Part shown: positions 25,353-40,129 of the stretch, piece by piece
How the letters are laid out: each line of letters starts with the position of its first letter
Numbering within the stretch: position 1 is the first letter of the stretch
Assembly (NCBI GenBank): GCA_964016885.1
Contig: OZ024742.1
Location: 192,200,001-192,264,000, forward strand
DNA: 64,000 bases
Direction: 5' to 3'
Source of the DNA: Eledone cirrhosa
Lineage: Eukaryota
Position numbers and translations under genes: made by a program
Notes under the pieces: generated by a model
What the model saw: the letters and a program-made list of their open reading frames with translations, nothing else
Databases searched by the model: none
Told to the model about the DNA's origin: nothing

Positions 25353-25725
25353 GAGATTAACGGTAGAGCGTGTTTTTTAGACTTCTTTGCTAGGAATCTC
25401 CCACAGCTAACTTTGTAAAAGTTACTCTATATTTGTGGATATATATGCATATATAATTGGGATCCCGACGGTTCCAGACTGATCAGACTGCAACTGGATG
25501 TTGTAACGACAAGAGCTTAGCCGTCGGGGTTCCGTCCCTTAATAATATAACCATACTCTTTTACACCAAGTTTCGAGTAGTCTATTGAGTAATGGCCTAA
25601 CCAGTTTCAATCTGAATCCATCTTGATTTATATATATATATATATATATATATGCATATCTATGTATATCTATCTTTCTATCTCTTATTACGAAGCATTT
25701 TCCCCCTACACTTAAATATAGTAAA

Positions 25726-26295
25726 ATGTTTAATATAAATACTATTAAAATTTCTTACTCTATGACTCCTAACCTTGCACATAACATCACAGCTTCAAAT
25801 TTTGCTAAACTACCTAGCCGTAGGAACACGTGCTACCCTGTAGTTAGTACTAACTGTAATTGTAGGAATCGGGTTGATTGCCCCCTATCCAGGAAATGCC
25901 TCTCTAGTAACATTGTCTACAAATGTCAGGTTGAAACATCCACGTCCTGTAGGGCCTACATAGGGTTAACCGCCAATAGATTCAAGCAGCGTCTTTACAT
26001 GCATACCCATTATTTTCGTTACCCTCTAAGAAGGAATATGACGTCACTTTCAGCTTATATCTGGAGTCTAAAAGACAACCACACCCAATATAAGTTACAC
26101 TGGGAGATCCTAGTTAGGGCTAGATTGTATAACGGAAATAAAAGACCATGTGACCTCTGCGCCGCTGAGGCTCTGGAAATACTCTACGCCACAGACCACA
26201 TCTTAAACAAAAAATCTGAGGCAATTTCTGCTTGTAAACATAAATTGCACAAAACTTTCCTGTATTACAGCCCCACATTATACCCTAACGGATAG
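25726..26295 (+). pseudogene. GIY-YIG endonuclease domain of a PLE
   Basis: CNCR....CPL...CL..NIVY.....YIGLT...FKQR...H; IW.LK; CDLC..E; LNKKSE....CKH; homologous to 32820-33260. Confidence 0.88.
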
Positions 26296-27214
26296 TACGA
26301 TCTATACGCGGATATTTTACGTCTTGATGTGGTAGCTAGGTATATGTTATGTTTATACCATTACTTATTTGCATAGGTAAGTATATATTACCTGTATGTT
26401 TTGTGAAGGTACGTATACTTTCTCGTACGTATATTTGATTGTATATGTTATGGCGTATTTGTTATATATTCTGGTACATATGCTTTTGGTTATGTGTATA
26501 CGTGAGTTTTGCGTCTGCGTCAGTATGCGGTTTCGTATGTAGGGTGTGTGTATATGTGTACTTCGTGTTTTGGTTGACGTGCGTCTCCGAACATTTGTGT
26601 ATTTACATGTAGGTATGTGTGTGCGCTTGTTATATACGTATTTATTTATTTATATACGTTTATTTAATTATTTGTATACACGCACACACACACACACACA
26701 CATATTTATATGTGCGTGTATTTGTATACCTATGGCGAGTGTTTTCGCGTATGCTTGTGTATGTACGTATTTGTATGCGTGTATGTTTTTATTTAATTTC
26801 AATTACCTCAGTATTTTATTTACTTTATTCTTAACTCTGAAGCGGAGAATCATTCGGTTTCCTAGTTAGAATTTTAGTCTAAGACTTCAGTTATACCATT
26901 TACGTGGTTTTGTCTTTGCGTTCTCCACGCTCCACATATGACGTATTAGCTTCGTTTTTTTCCGTTCATCGCCAGAGAACGTCTCTATGAAACACATAGA
27001 TAATATTAGTCTACGACCTCTTTTATACCATAAACGTGGTTCTGTCTTTGCGTGTAATTGTTTTTCACCGCTCCAAAAAATGCCGTATTATATTCGTTTT
27101 CTCCCGTTCTTTGCCAGCGAACGTTTCCACGAACCAAAGTATCGTCTTCCTGTCTTCCTCCGGTTGCAACGTTTTTTGAAATATTCACTTCTGCGTTTAC
27201 AGATTGACTTTGTT

Positions 27215-27265
27215 AGTTTCAGAAGATCCCGTCAAGGGTGAAAGCAGCGATTCTTTGCTTAAATT
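27215..27265 (+). ncRNA. Hammerhead motif with one core substitution
   Basis: aguuu CAGAAGA uccc-gucaa-gggu GAAA gca[9]ugc UU aaauu; all three stems present, U4 changed to A. Confidence 0.65.
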
Positions 27266-27372
27266 TTAATCTGTTATTTTAATAAATATTTGCTCTACCG
27301 TTCTTATATATTTGATATATATTTATCCTTATCGAGCCCTCTTTGGATTTTAGTTTTCAAATTTATTATTAT

Positions 27373-28075
<703 letters not shown>

Positions 28076-28704
28076 TGATGCGATAGAGAAAGTGGAAGAG
28101 AATGAAAGGAAGTTAAAGAACCAAATATTATCCACCCTCTCAGACCCTACACCATATAACAAACCACTGCACACATACACACACATAGATACACACACAC
28201 ACACAACGAACCACGCACAACGCACATTTAATTGTTTCTATTTTTAAGCACAAGGCCAGCAAATACTCAGTACATTACTGGTACATAACACACATATCAA
28301 ATACCCAGTACATTACTGGTACATAACACACATATAATGATTTTCAGGTTCATGTGGAGCGAACGTCCCTGACTAGTTCCATATCTTCATTGACACCTTT
28401 TTTCCCTACCCCCACCTCGTCCGACACCTCAAACTCCTCCGTCACCGCCCTCTCATTCCTTGCCATCAATCTTTATATGGGGGTTCGTTTGTTCGCCTCA
28501 GTTGTTTAATTTTCCGTGTATTTTGGTTTATTTTATTTAGTTGTTATTTTTATTTATTTATTTTTCCTTTGTTTTTTAGTGTTTGTATTGTTATTAAATC
28601 TTTATTGAAATGGTTGTAGTTTTTTTAAATAGTTTTGTGGACGGAAGGGAGGTTTCCTTATTCATGTTGTTCTTTTTTTCCTTGATGATGGTGATAACTA
28701 TTTG

Positions 28705-28746
<42 letters not shown>

Positions 28747-28899
28747 TTCTTGCTATAGTACTCCATGCATTCTTTTATACTGTTTATTTTTAGTGGTGTT
28801 GATGTTAGTGGTGCTGGTGGTGGTAGTTGTCGTCGTGGGAGCACATTGTTGTTCACTTCTCTTACTGTTGCCATAGTAACGTTTCATTTCCAGATTTGT

Positions 28900-29200
<301 letters not shown>

Positions 29201-29841
29201 ATACTATATCATATTCATATATATATATGTTATATATATAATATATATATACATACATACAAACATACATACATACATGTGAACATACATTTATACATGC
29301 ATATATATACATACATACTTACGAATGTATGTGCCTGCGTGTGAGTGCGAGTGCTCTCAAACATGTACAAAGAAAAAATGGCGATGAAAATGTACGTTAT
29401 TAACAAAACAAGGAAGTAGATTAAAATCATTTTTTGTCCTAAAAGATCAGGAAATAGCCTTTTTCTCTGTTTCTGTAAACAATCACAAGTACGAATATTT
29501 TTTTAAGTTATGTGATTTGTGGAACTCATTTTATATTTGAAACATTATAACATCCGAATGTTAGACTATCTAATCGAAATATCTTATTAATAATCGAGCA
29601 TTGTTCGTTGTTCTTCCTAGTTACGCGTTTAAATATTAGAATTATCAACTGGATGTGTCTTAAACTTTGTTGTCTTTTGAGTATGTGTACATGGTATTTC
29701 AGTAAATGTTGGTAGTCAAAATCCCTGCAAAATCCAGTCGGATGCATACACACACAAACTCACACACAAACTCAGTTTCAGAAGATCAGGACTGGGATGA
29801 AAGCAGTAATCTGTACTAATAATACATGTTTAGCACTACTT

Positions 29842-29907
<66 letters not shown>

Positions 29908-29982
29908 TACTCTGCTCTATGAGAGCATCGAGTGCTCAAACGGGCTACCGCATACGGACGCTTTAAGCATGCATCCAACACC

Positions 29983-30028
<46 letters not shown>

Positions 30029-30809
30029 TCCATATCGAGTCCTCTTCTGATTTTGATTTTTGTATTTATAATTAATATATATGTTAGATCTTTTTACATT
30101 AAAGGGAAATTTAACTACAATATCCAGCAGTTTGCTGATCCAGGTAGAGACGCTTTCATTTCACCTATCCATCCTGTCAGTTTAGGGTTGTCTAATGCTA
30201 ATTGAGTCATGGGTTCTTGGGCAAGTGTCATTTATATAGCATTGGGTCGCCCTACGCTTTGTGAATGAAACTGTTTTTGAAGGCCTTTGGTTTGACTGCA
30301 GCACTAATTCAAACCTCCCGTCTTGTCACTCACTGTATCACATTCAATGCATATGGCTGTGGGATCCTCTGTCACTTACATGTTAATATCACAAGCAGGG
30401 CCTCCAAGAGAAATTTCAAGGCGGTAGAATACGATTTTGGGAACGAAGCAGGCAAAGATTTTTCTCAAAATGGATGTTGCAAGGTTGCCGTAGGGTCTTT
30501 TTAGCTCTTGGGTCTCAGAAAAAAGAACTGACAGAAATCCCTCCCATGCGCCCTGATCATGAGGAAGCTATTCCGTTGATAGAAAAACTAAAACACATAT
30601 TCTCGAAACCAAATTTTGCGGCATGAATCCAATGGTATATATTGTAAAATATTCATCTGTGTTTACGCTTTTAATGTGGAAAGTCATTTACTGCTGTACA
30701 ATTATTGATTGGATTCACTGCTTGCAGCAACTTCATATAAGTAAAATATATGGGTATAGTTATGAATATCTAATCCCATATTTCTTTATTTAAGAACACA
30801 CACACACTA

Positions 30810-30843
<34 letters not shown>

Positions 30844-30844
30844 G

Positions 30845-31055
30845 GAACGATCGACTTTCGTCAAATCGGACCGAGGGAACAATGTTTCCGTTGGTCTTTC
30901 CAATTGCTAATACTATCTATCGGTCGCAACTCCAGGTAGAAAGAGCAACGTGAAATAAAGTGTCTTGCTCAAGGACATAACGCATCGCCTGGTCCAGGAG
31001 TCGAACTCACAACCTTACGATTGCGAATCCAATTCTCTAACCACTCTGCCACACG

Positions 31056-31058
<3 letters not shown>
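30845..31058 (-). mobile_element. tRNA-derived SINE family B
   Basis: A box tggcagagtgg, B box gagttcgactc, then tgtccttgagcaagacacttta; near-identical copy at 51381-51591. Confidence 0.9.
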
Positions 31059-31121
<63 letters not shown>

Positions 31122-31126
<5 letters not shown>

Positions 31127-31361
31127 CAACTGGAGTCTTATTTTTAAAAAAATATATATATTTATTTGGTTCCTTTACTGGTTTCGCAGTTCTTCTGCTT
31201 TTCAAAAGTAGAGTTGCGAAACCGATAAAGGAACTAAATAAATATACATATTTTTTTTAAAATAAGACTCCAGTTGCATTTTCGATTTCATCTTTTTTTT
31301 CTTTATACTTTCTCTCGTGTAGGACACCTCGGTTATTTTTCATTTTGTAAAAAAACCTCAC

Positions 31362-31368
<7 letters not shown>
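31122..31368 (+). mobile_element. Fold-back module: ~75-bp inverted arms with an extended right arm, between microsatellites
   Basis: aatgcaactggagtcttatttt..ggtttcgca mirrored by tgcgaaacc..aaaataagactccagttgcatt. Confidence 0.8.
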
Positions 31369-31424
<56 letters not shown>

Positions 31425-31439
31425 CTATAATAAACAATA

Positions 31440-31518
31440 CACTATAATTACCTCATTACCAGAGGTTTCCCGAATAAGACGAATACAGGAAACGTCCTCA
31501 CTCGTTCGTCGGACAAGG
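31440..31518 (-). ncRNA. Hammerhead motif with one core substitution at the 3' end of the PLE
   Basis: ccuugu CCGACGA a-cgagugaggacg..cgucuuauucg-g GAAA cc-ucu-gg UA augagg; U4 changed to C. Confidence 0.7.
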
Positions 31519-32275
31519 CAATTTAAAACAGTGAAATATTTGAAAAATCTCCTCAAGAAAGGCAAAAGTTTAACGGGCAAAGAAAATATATAAGTAAAAG
31601 TAATGCAAGTGTTATATTAAAATAAAATAAAATAAGGAAATATAGTTAGGGTATGTGTATAAATGTGTGTATATTCACTCACAAATGTACATATGTGTGT
31701 ATGTACAAATTCATGTGTATAGTGAAAAAGTTTGTGCGTAAGTACATATATGAGGGCAAGCATATCAGTGTATGTGTGATCACAAATACGTATATGATAT
31801 ATGTTGAAAAAGAAACGTACATCCAGACTCAGGTATTAAGGATTGAAATATATACACACACAAGTATGAAAGCACGCGTATAAACACACACACACGCGCA
31901 ACCACATACAAGCGAGTGGTATATACAGGGGAGGGAGTGTATCAGTAAAAGCAGTGTCAGTCTGAAGGTCGATACATATATAAAAAAGAAAAAATATATG
32001 AGAATAAAAAAAAAATGTTAATCAAAGAGAAAGTAAGAGGGAGGGGTTATCAATTATAAAGTAACACTAGAAAAAATAGAAATCAAACATAGTACACATA
32101 TATATACAAAAATATATATATATAAATACGTACAGACAAAAGCACATACATGCGTACATACATACAAAGGCGCGCGTAGATACACACGAAGCCTTATATA
32201 TATATATAGGCACATATATATCTAATCACACGCACGCACGCGACCATACATATATATATACACACATACAAACAC

Positions 32276-32310
<35 letters not shown>

Positions 32311-32819
32311 CATACACACATACACACACACGTATATATAAGTATGTAAAAAACATAGATATAAAAACACACATACACACACACATATACACACACACGC
32401 GCACATACGAATGCATTCGTATACATATACAAACACACATGCACGCTCTCACGCATAGATACAAATTAAAAACCAGCCGTATGAATAAATGAGTACAAAT
32501 AATACGCAAGTAAACATACATAAGAGCGGCTGAGAGACAACAGAATATATCTGGAGTTGAAAACGCAAGTGACATACGATATCAGGTAGAGAAAGAAAAT
32601 GGGGAAGTAAAATTTGTGGAATTGTGAATCATATAAGGTAAGTGAATAAAAAAAACACGGAGGGGAGGGGTCACTGGTGGAGGTGATGTAAAAATAAAGT
32701 TTAAAATAAAAATAAAAGTAAATCAGAAAGAGAAGTCTATAAGTGTAAGGAGGGTAATTTAAGGAAAGTGAAGAACAAGAGTTTATGGAGGATAAGTATC
32801 TGAAAGTGAGTTAAGTTTA

Positions 32820-34908
32820 TATGAGCTGGAAAGCAAGTGTGATTTCATGTGTGGGCAACTAGTGAAAATTTCTGTTTTTGCATTTAGGCAGTTTTTGGTG
32901 ATTTAAGGTTCTGTAAAATCCAATATTTTTCACTTATGCAGAGTGCGCATCTTCTTGTTCCTCTTGCATATTCTTTAGATTGGTTCAAAACTGACCAATC
33001 TAATTTACATTGGATACCTTGGTCCTTCAAATCCCATATTCTGCTAGCCACAGCTGTTGTAAATCTTTTTTCAGGATGTCGGAAAGATGCGACATGTGAG
33101 TAATAACGCGTTTTGAATTTGTCTTGTGTCATACTAACATATCGTTCGCTGGTGGCTGATAGGTTGTTGCTGGTGGTTGTCACTTTAGCCGCATATACAA
33201 TGGCTTTGGTGTTGCATTTACCTTGTAATGGGCATTCACTTTTGACTCTAGAGGAGCAATTTTGATGTTCTCTGGGTATTTTCCTATTTAGGATATCAGA
33301 TTTAATAGGGAGTAGCTGATTTTGACACAGTTTCTATTGAAGATCTTATAGTATCTATGTGTTCTAGGGAAATGTTTATCTAAGAGCTCTAGGAATGTTT
33401 TGCCTACATTAGTTTTAACAGCTAAAGAGTAGGGGGGTGTGAACCAGATTATTTTTTCTTTTCCTATTATTATGTTTAAAGGAGTTAGTATTATTGGGTA
33501 TGTACTTAATCGGTTCGCTAAATCCGCTATTTTGAAGGGCTTTATTATAGTAGGGGGATGCCTTATTGAAAATAGCTTCTCAGGAAGAGAAGATGGAGAT
33601 CCTACGGCTAATATTAGGGATAAGATTTTTAAAAACTATAGGAAGATGGGAGAGCCTTTATTTATATATTTTAATTTTTCATTAGGTTTATGGTACGGTT
33701 TATAAGAAGCAGTAGGCAGATCTAGGTTTATATCTAGAAAATTAACATTGGAAAGGTTAGTGTCAATTGTAATTTTAAGTTTAAAACTAGCGAAGGTTTT
33801 TATTAAGTCTTTCCTTAATCTATCTAAGTTATGGCCTATGGTGGTATGGGAAAGTATTAGACCATCGTCGCGATAAAGCCCAAAGGTATGGTTAGGGAAT
33901 TTCTCTTTAAGTGTGTGTAGGAGGAATAGGCCGACTAAATCACACACGTCAGAACTGTCAAAAGAACACATTGAGACATCGAATGGGTTCTCTGGGTTAG
34001 ATATGTTTACCCAAGTGTCATTATTAGTAAAAAGTAAAGTGTTTCTAGCATGCAAAATGACATTCTCTTCAATATCAGAAATATTGATAAACTTTCTAGC
34101 GAAATTTAAGGCTTTCGTTAAAAGAGGGTGAGTAATAGACGGGTAGAAGTCTACAATGTCAAATTGGGTGAATCTAGAACTATTTTTATCTTTAATATTA
34201 TTAAACCAATGTACTACGGAAGAGCTATTTATCCATTGGAGTAATTCAGACTTACTTCTAATATGTTTGTTTATATTATTTAATATTTTTTTGCTAGCAA
34301 GACCGATTTCAGTCTTAACAAGGTTGATTAATCTACAACGAGGACGATTAATAAAATCAGGTTTATGATCTTTGAAGGTGAAATAGGCATTACGTTTAGC
34401 AAGTTTTTCTGTTCTATTGTCTATCTTTTAAAAACTAGCTAATTCTTTAGCTTCCTTATTTATAGTGTTATAGGTGTTTATATTAGCTATTTGGTATTGA
34501 GAGGTAATGTTATCTGTTAAGTGTTGGTCATGTAAGTTATTATTATCTTCGTATAAGTTTTTAGCTTTGTCAGAGAAAATGAACTTATTTTTTGAAGATT
34601 TGAATATTGAAATATCGTTAGATAGTTTAGATTGAAAAGGGTTAGAGTACTTACGGAATTTTATTTGGTTGATTAAATTAACTAAGTCTAGTTCAAAAGC
34701 GGTCATGTCTTTTACTCTTTGTGGGTATTTATGAGACTTGATAAACAAAGTATTCTGCAGAGTCCGTGTTAAAGTGTCCATCGAAAATCAAAGCTTTCCA
34801 TCTCATTCTTTTCACAACTTTCTCTACTTTGTCTATCAACATTTTAGTTTAGGAAGTGTTAGGTGTTGGGATATTCTTGAGGGAGTAATTCAAATGATGT
34901 TTATCCAT
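32820..34908 (-). pseudogene. Disrupted PLE RT-endonuclease ORF
   Basis: Fragments 34428-34781, 33636-34055 and 32884-33183 are collinear parts of one polyprotein broken by stops, frameshifts and an apparent deletion near 33330. Confidence 0.9.
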
Positions 34909-35019
34909 GTTCAGTATTGGTTAAAAATCCTTTTGACTGAAGAGTGCTCGAATTGAAAAGGGCTGGAAGGTGCCAATCTCATAAAAATGTAGAATATGCT
35001 ACGATCATTCCCTTGGGAG

Positions 35020-35124
<105 letters not shown>

Positions 35125-35246
35125 TATGTATATATATATCTATGTGGGTGATGTGGTGAATTATATATACATGCATACATACACACACACATACATACAT
35201 ACATAATACATACATACATACATACATACATACATACATACATACA

Positions 35247-35277
<31 letters not shown>

Positions 35278-35536
35278 GGACATAACTAGGTCATATCTGT
35301 AAGTTATTTGGATCACGTGATTATTTCCGTTTTAATTAATGAATCACGTTCACGTGAGAAAGAATAAAGATGTCACTTACTTCACAAAACACATTTGCTT
35401 TCCATTTAACTGATTACATTTTTTCTCGCTTGCCTCCATCTGTTTATACACATGCCGTAAATATACCTATATATAAATCTAAACAGACTGGCGTATTGAC
35501 ATGCATGCGTAAGTATATAGAAGTTATATGCAGGCT

Positions 35537-35667
<131 letters not shown>

Positions 35668-35846
35668 ACTCACACATATACATGCGAACACCCATACACG
35701 CACACACATATGCACATATATATATTTATTTATGTATATATTTACGCTAATTATGTCTATATGTAAATACAGTACACACACACATACGGATACACACTCA
35801 CACACACATACATACACATACACACACACACAGACAGACACACACG

Positions 35847-35988
<142 letters not shown>

Positions 35989-35999
35989 TACATATGAAC

Positions 36000-36400
36000 A
36001 TTTGTTTTCTATTGAGAGTTGGATTAACCCTGGAACAGAACTTTACTGTGTGTTGCCAAAGGTCCCGTCTTTCACATCAAAAGTAAGGAGCAGATATTGC
36101 AATAGCCTGGGGTTCAAATGCCCCCAACTCTTTAATAAGCTGCAAAAAAAAAAAAATACTTGAAAGATCTACATGGTGTGGACGTGGATATTTTCAAGAA
36201 ACATCTTGGTAGTCTGCTATCCAAGATCCCATATGAACCCTCAGCACGGCAGTCAGTTAACCTTGGGGGCAGCAGTAACGAACTTCCTCTTAGATCAATG
36301 GCCAGCTAACTCAAACTGGCTATAGAAAGTGAAGCAACAAGAATGGTACCTAGCATGGCCTCGGCCGGATGGCTGGGATGTGTATAAGACTAAACGAGCA
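36000..36400 (+). mobile_element. LINE 3'-end fragment (CR1/L2-group-like)
   Basis: [16 protein letters not shown] then, after a poly-A frameshift, [24 protein letters not shown], a typical ORF2 C-terminus. Confidence 0.65.
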
Positions 36401-36962
36401 AAAGTGTAAATATATGCAAACATACGTGTTTGTATGCTTCAGTGAGTGTGTGAACAGTGAACAGCTTTTCCCTCAGACATATGTTCAAGACACCACTCAC
36501 TTAAAATTTAATCTTTGCTATTAAGGATTTTCTATAGTTCCTTAATCAATCCCTATATTTAGTTTGGAACAATAACCTCCCCGAAACTGTTAATATATCA
36601 ATACATTCTAGTCGTTATTCTCTCAATGAAATTAATATATTGCTGCATTGTTCTCATTGGCAGCAAGGAATAAAAGGAATGACGTTAAAACTTATTTAAA
36701 TTAATTTAAAGTTTGACACATAGATGCTTTCATAGTTTATGACAGCTTTGTAGTACAGTATATTGAATTTTAGGATAAACACCGACCTGATGAGCCTCCG
36801 GGCTGCAGATTCGATTTTGACATTTTTAGATTAATATTGTGACGTCCATATTATGTGTACTGTGTATATATATATATATATATGTTTCCAGTCAAGCTCT
36901 GGTTCCTGTAACTTGTAATGTTCAATTCATTTAGCGTCGTTGTTGTAAATAAATGAACTATT

Positions 36963-37086
36963 AATAGTTTTTCTACAATTGGCACATGGCCGGCAATTTG
37001 AAGGGAAGAGGAAAATCGAATAAATCGACCCCAGTGCCTGATTGGTACTTAATTTATCGATCCCGTAAGGATGGAAGGCAAAGCTA
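36963..37086 (-). mobile_element. SINE family A, long form, truncated
   Basis: Core plus the ggggtcgattta.tcga..ttcc segment. Confidence 0.85.
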
Positions 37087-37129
37087 AATGAACTAATAAT
37101 AATTAGTCGTGTTTTTATAGCGTGTCGTC

Positions 37130-38100
37130 ACTGCTTTAACGAGCATAGCTCAGTGTGCCTTGGGTATGAGCAATTTTGTTTTTGACGTTGCTATTTGTAT
37201 TGAGAGTAATCTTATTTATTTGTGTGCAGTGTCTAGAAGTGCTACTTTCTCTATGTTGTACGAAATGGTATGTCATTTGGCTTTGGTTATATATCTGTGT
37301 GAGTGTTTTTGTCGTTCCCAGAGTAACTATTACTATAGAGATTCTTTCAGTATTCATTATTCGGCTTGTTTCTATTTCTAGATCTTTATATTTAGATAAG
37401 TTCACCATTTCCTTGATCGATATATTGTCTTCTGTGAATATAGATAGATTTTCTTTCTCTTTTATTAAATCTTTGACTATAATATTCGGTACACTTCAAA
37501 ATTTAAATCTGTAGCTTATTACTAGAATCACTACAGTATTAATGTATATTACCTTATTCTTTCCATTTAGTTGTGTGTTAATTAGTGAAGTAATCCGTCT
37601 ATAAGGATTATTTCTAATCTTTTCTTTCATCTGTGTCTGGAAACCCATCTCGTAGTTCATTGATTCTTAAGTATATGTCTGTCTGTGTTTGATTTAATTC
37701 TCTTATCTCTGTTTATTTATCTAGCTTGATTTAAGAGTTTTTCACTAGGTTTCCTCCCTTTAGAGTTGACTTGGCACATTTTTCTAATAAAAATGTTATG
37801 CTTCATTCTTTGTGAATCCATGTACTGTCGGCAGTAGTGGTTCAAGTTATATCCCATTTGCGCACGTACAGCTTTAGAACACACATATACAGAAGATGGT
37901 GAATTTTTCTTGCTGTAGAATGTATCATCAAGTCCAGCCATATTTAGTACCTTTTCTAATGGTGCCAATGCTAGAGAGAATAGTGGTAAAAAAGGTGTCC
38001 TCTTGAGATATCTTTCTGATAATTGATGGGACATAGATTATATAAATCCGTCTTTTTTATTATTAGTCCTGTTCGATCCGATGAATTTATTACGCTAATA
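37130..38100 (-). mobile_element. Highly decayed R4/Dong-like LINE fragment
   Basis: NLSKYKDLEIE..RI...IVI.TLGT parallels KINRYQDLKWE..RIW..PIVIGALGT of the 9.8-13 kb element; LFSLALAPL parallels LFVLVLIPL. Confidence 0.65.
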
Positions 38101-39502
38101 TTGTTATTGACATTAAAAACCATGCAATATATATATAATCTGCGCCGAACCACATTATTGTAGCAGTTACTAACTTGTATCGTAGGCCCATAGATTAATA
38201 TCGCGGAGACAGTAAAGGCGTCCAAAGTTAAGTTATGGAAGGAATTTGTTGTTAAAGTGGAATCCAACTTCAGATCCGCAACAAACACACACACGCGCGC
38301 GCGCGCGCTTGTATGCATATTTTTGCGTATGTATGTATATTTGTGAATATATATATATATATAGAGATATATATATGTGTGTGTGTGTGTGTGTTCGTGT
38401 GCGTATGTGTATATACAGATATATATTTCACTCGTTATGCTGTCTTTTATGAACAATAGCTTCATTGACTGCCTACTTCATTGACTGCCTATTTTCCTTT
38501 GACATACCCAAAATCCTCATTGACACCATTTTGAAATGGTTGTTTTCTTTTACTTCAAGTGTGGAAGAATTCCCAAAAGGGAATAAAAACTGGTAATAAA
38601 TATATAGAGAGAAATAATTCAGGTATACAATGTGTAAAGGAAAATGAAAAGAAGTAATTTTGTAGTTAAAAATAGTTTCTGAAAAATATAGTCCACGATA
38701 GAATAAAATATGCTAACAGTTGACGGGTCAGTATAGAGATAAAAATTAAAATATTAATGATTTTGAAGAGACTGGTCCATATACAAATGGGTACGTCAGA
38801 TTGGTGTTCAGTAAGGGGGATACATGTTATTAGAGTTCCTTTTATCTGGTAAAACCGGATTTTCCAGTTCTTAAGAATGAATTTGAGGCTGTTTGGTTAG
38901 TGTTTGAAGAAATATTTCCTCGTATCCCGACAGTTGCTGGAGTTGTGTGGCCCTTTTAGAATGTTCTATCTGTCCACTACGCACAAGTAGCACATACTCG
39001 TTCCATTTTCCTAGGATTGGGATCTTTCCATAATCTTCCATTTACCGAAAAATCTCTGTTCATGTCTTTCAGGGTCGACTCATGGCTTGCGAGTTTATTG
39101 CCAGATCTATTTCCAGATATCTGAAGGAGGTTTCATGGTTTAGCAAACGGTTTTTAAATCAGTCTTCCGACATTCCCTCGTAGGTTGTGACTTCCTGTCT
39201 TTTGTTGTCTGGGAGATGACATCGGATTCATGTACCACGGCGAGCAAGTGTCAATATTGACTGAGTATTTGGAGCTTGTCACAGGAAAAATTGCAAGAAG
39301 CAGCCAAAGAAACCTAATTTTAACTGAATGACAGCATAGTTAGCGTAATAAATATCTGTATACCCCAGATTGATTGCTCACCCAGCGTTGGGTATTCTTT
39401 ACCAAATTACACTATATATATATGTGTGTGTATGTATGTGTGTGTTGGAATACATACTTAAAGACGTACATAAATTTATACATACATACATACATACATA
39501 CA

Positions 39503-39574
<72 letters not shown>

Positions 39575-39911
39575 AGTTTGCATATATGTTTATGTGGGTA
39601 TGTGTACACATATAGTAAGAGAGGGAGAAAGAGAAAATATCTTGTATATACAAACCCACACACAAATGCACATGCTAACACAAACACAATCCTAATTACG
39701 TATATGCGCAAACAATATGGATGCCACTGCCATTAAAAACGGAATTTTATCCGAAACTATCGCTGTGAAATGATGTTATAACAATGTTGTAACAGCTGTA
39801 CAGCCACACTTGCTGGAGCTGCAGCTGGTAAAGAGATGGTTTGAAACCAGAAATATATATATAACGAAATAAATATGGTTTTATAAATATAGTTTCCATT
39901 TGTTTAATATC

Positions 39912-39947
<36 letters not shown>

Positions 39948-40129
39948 TCCACCTGTCTATGTTGAGGCCGATAATGTTGTTAGAACATAATGGTTTCAAA
40001 GAGATTAGGCAATAGGAGCAATAGTTTTTGTAGTAGACTCTCATCATATTAGGCTTCCTCAAATATTCTACTCAATCTACAGAGGATATTATATATGTGT
40101 GAGTATATTGAATATTGAAAATAAATCAA

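Noticed and set aside
30985-31058. tRNA-like A and B boxes (also 51520-51591 and 55795-55880)
   Set aside because: They are heads of multi-copy SINEs and continue into SINE bodies; no clean cloverleaf seen
36787-36815. CUGAUGA-gcc-uccg-ggc hairpin (similar orphan cores at about 9213, 43486, 45204, 53700, 56830)
   Set aside because: The GAAA half of the core is missing; 7-mers of this kind are expected by chance or are truncated relics
38700-39300. Complex-sequence stretches that may be old retroelement ORFs (also 29520-29750 and 45850-46900)
   Set aside because: No motif could be read confidently by eye; a translated search is needed
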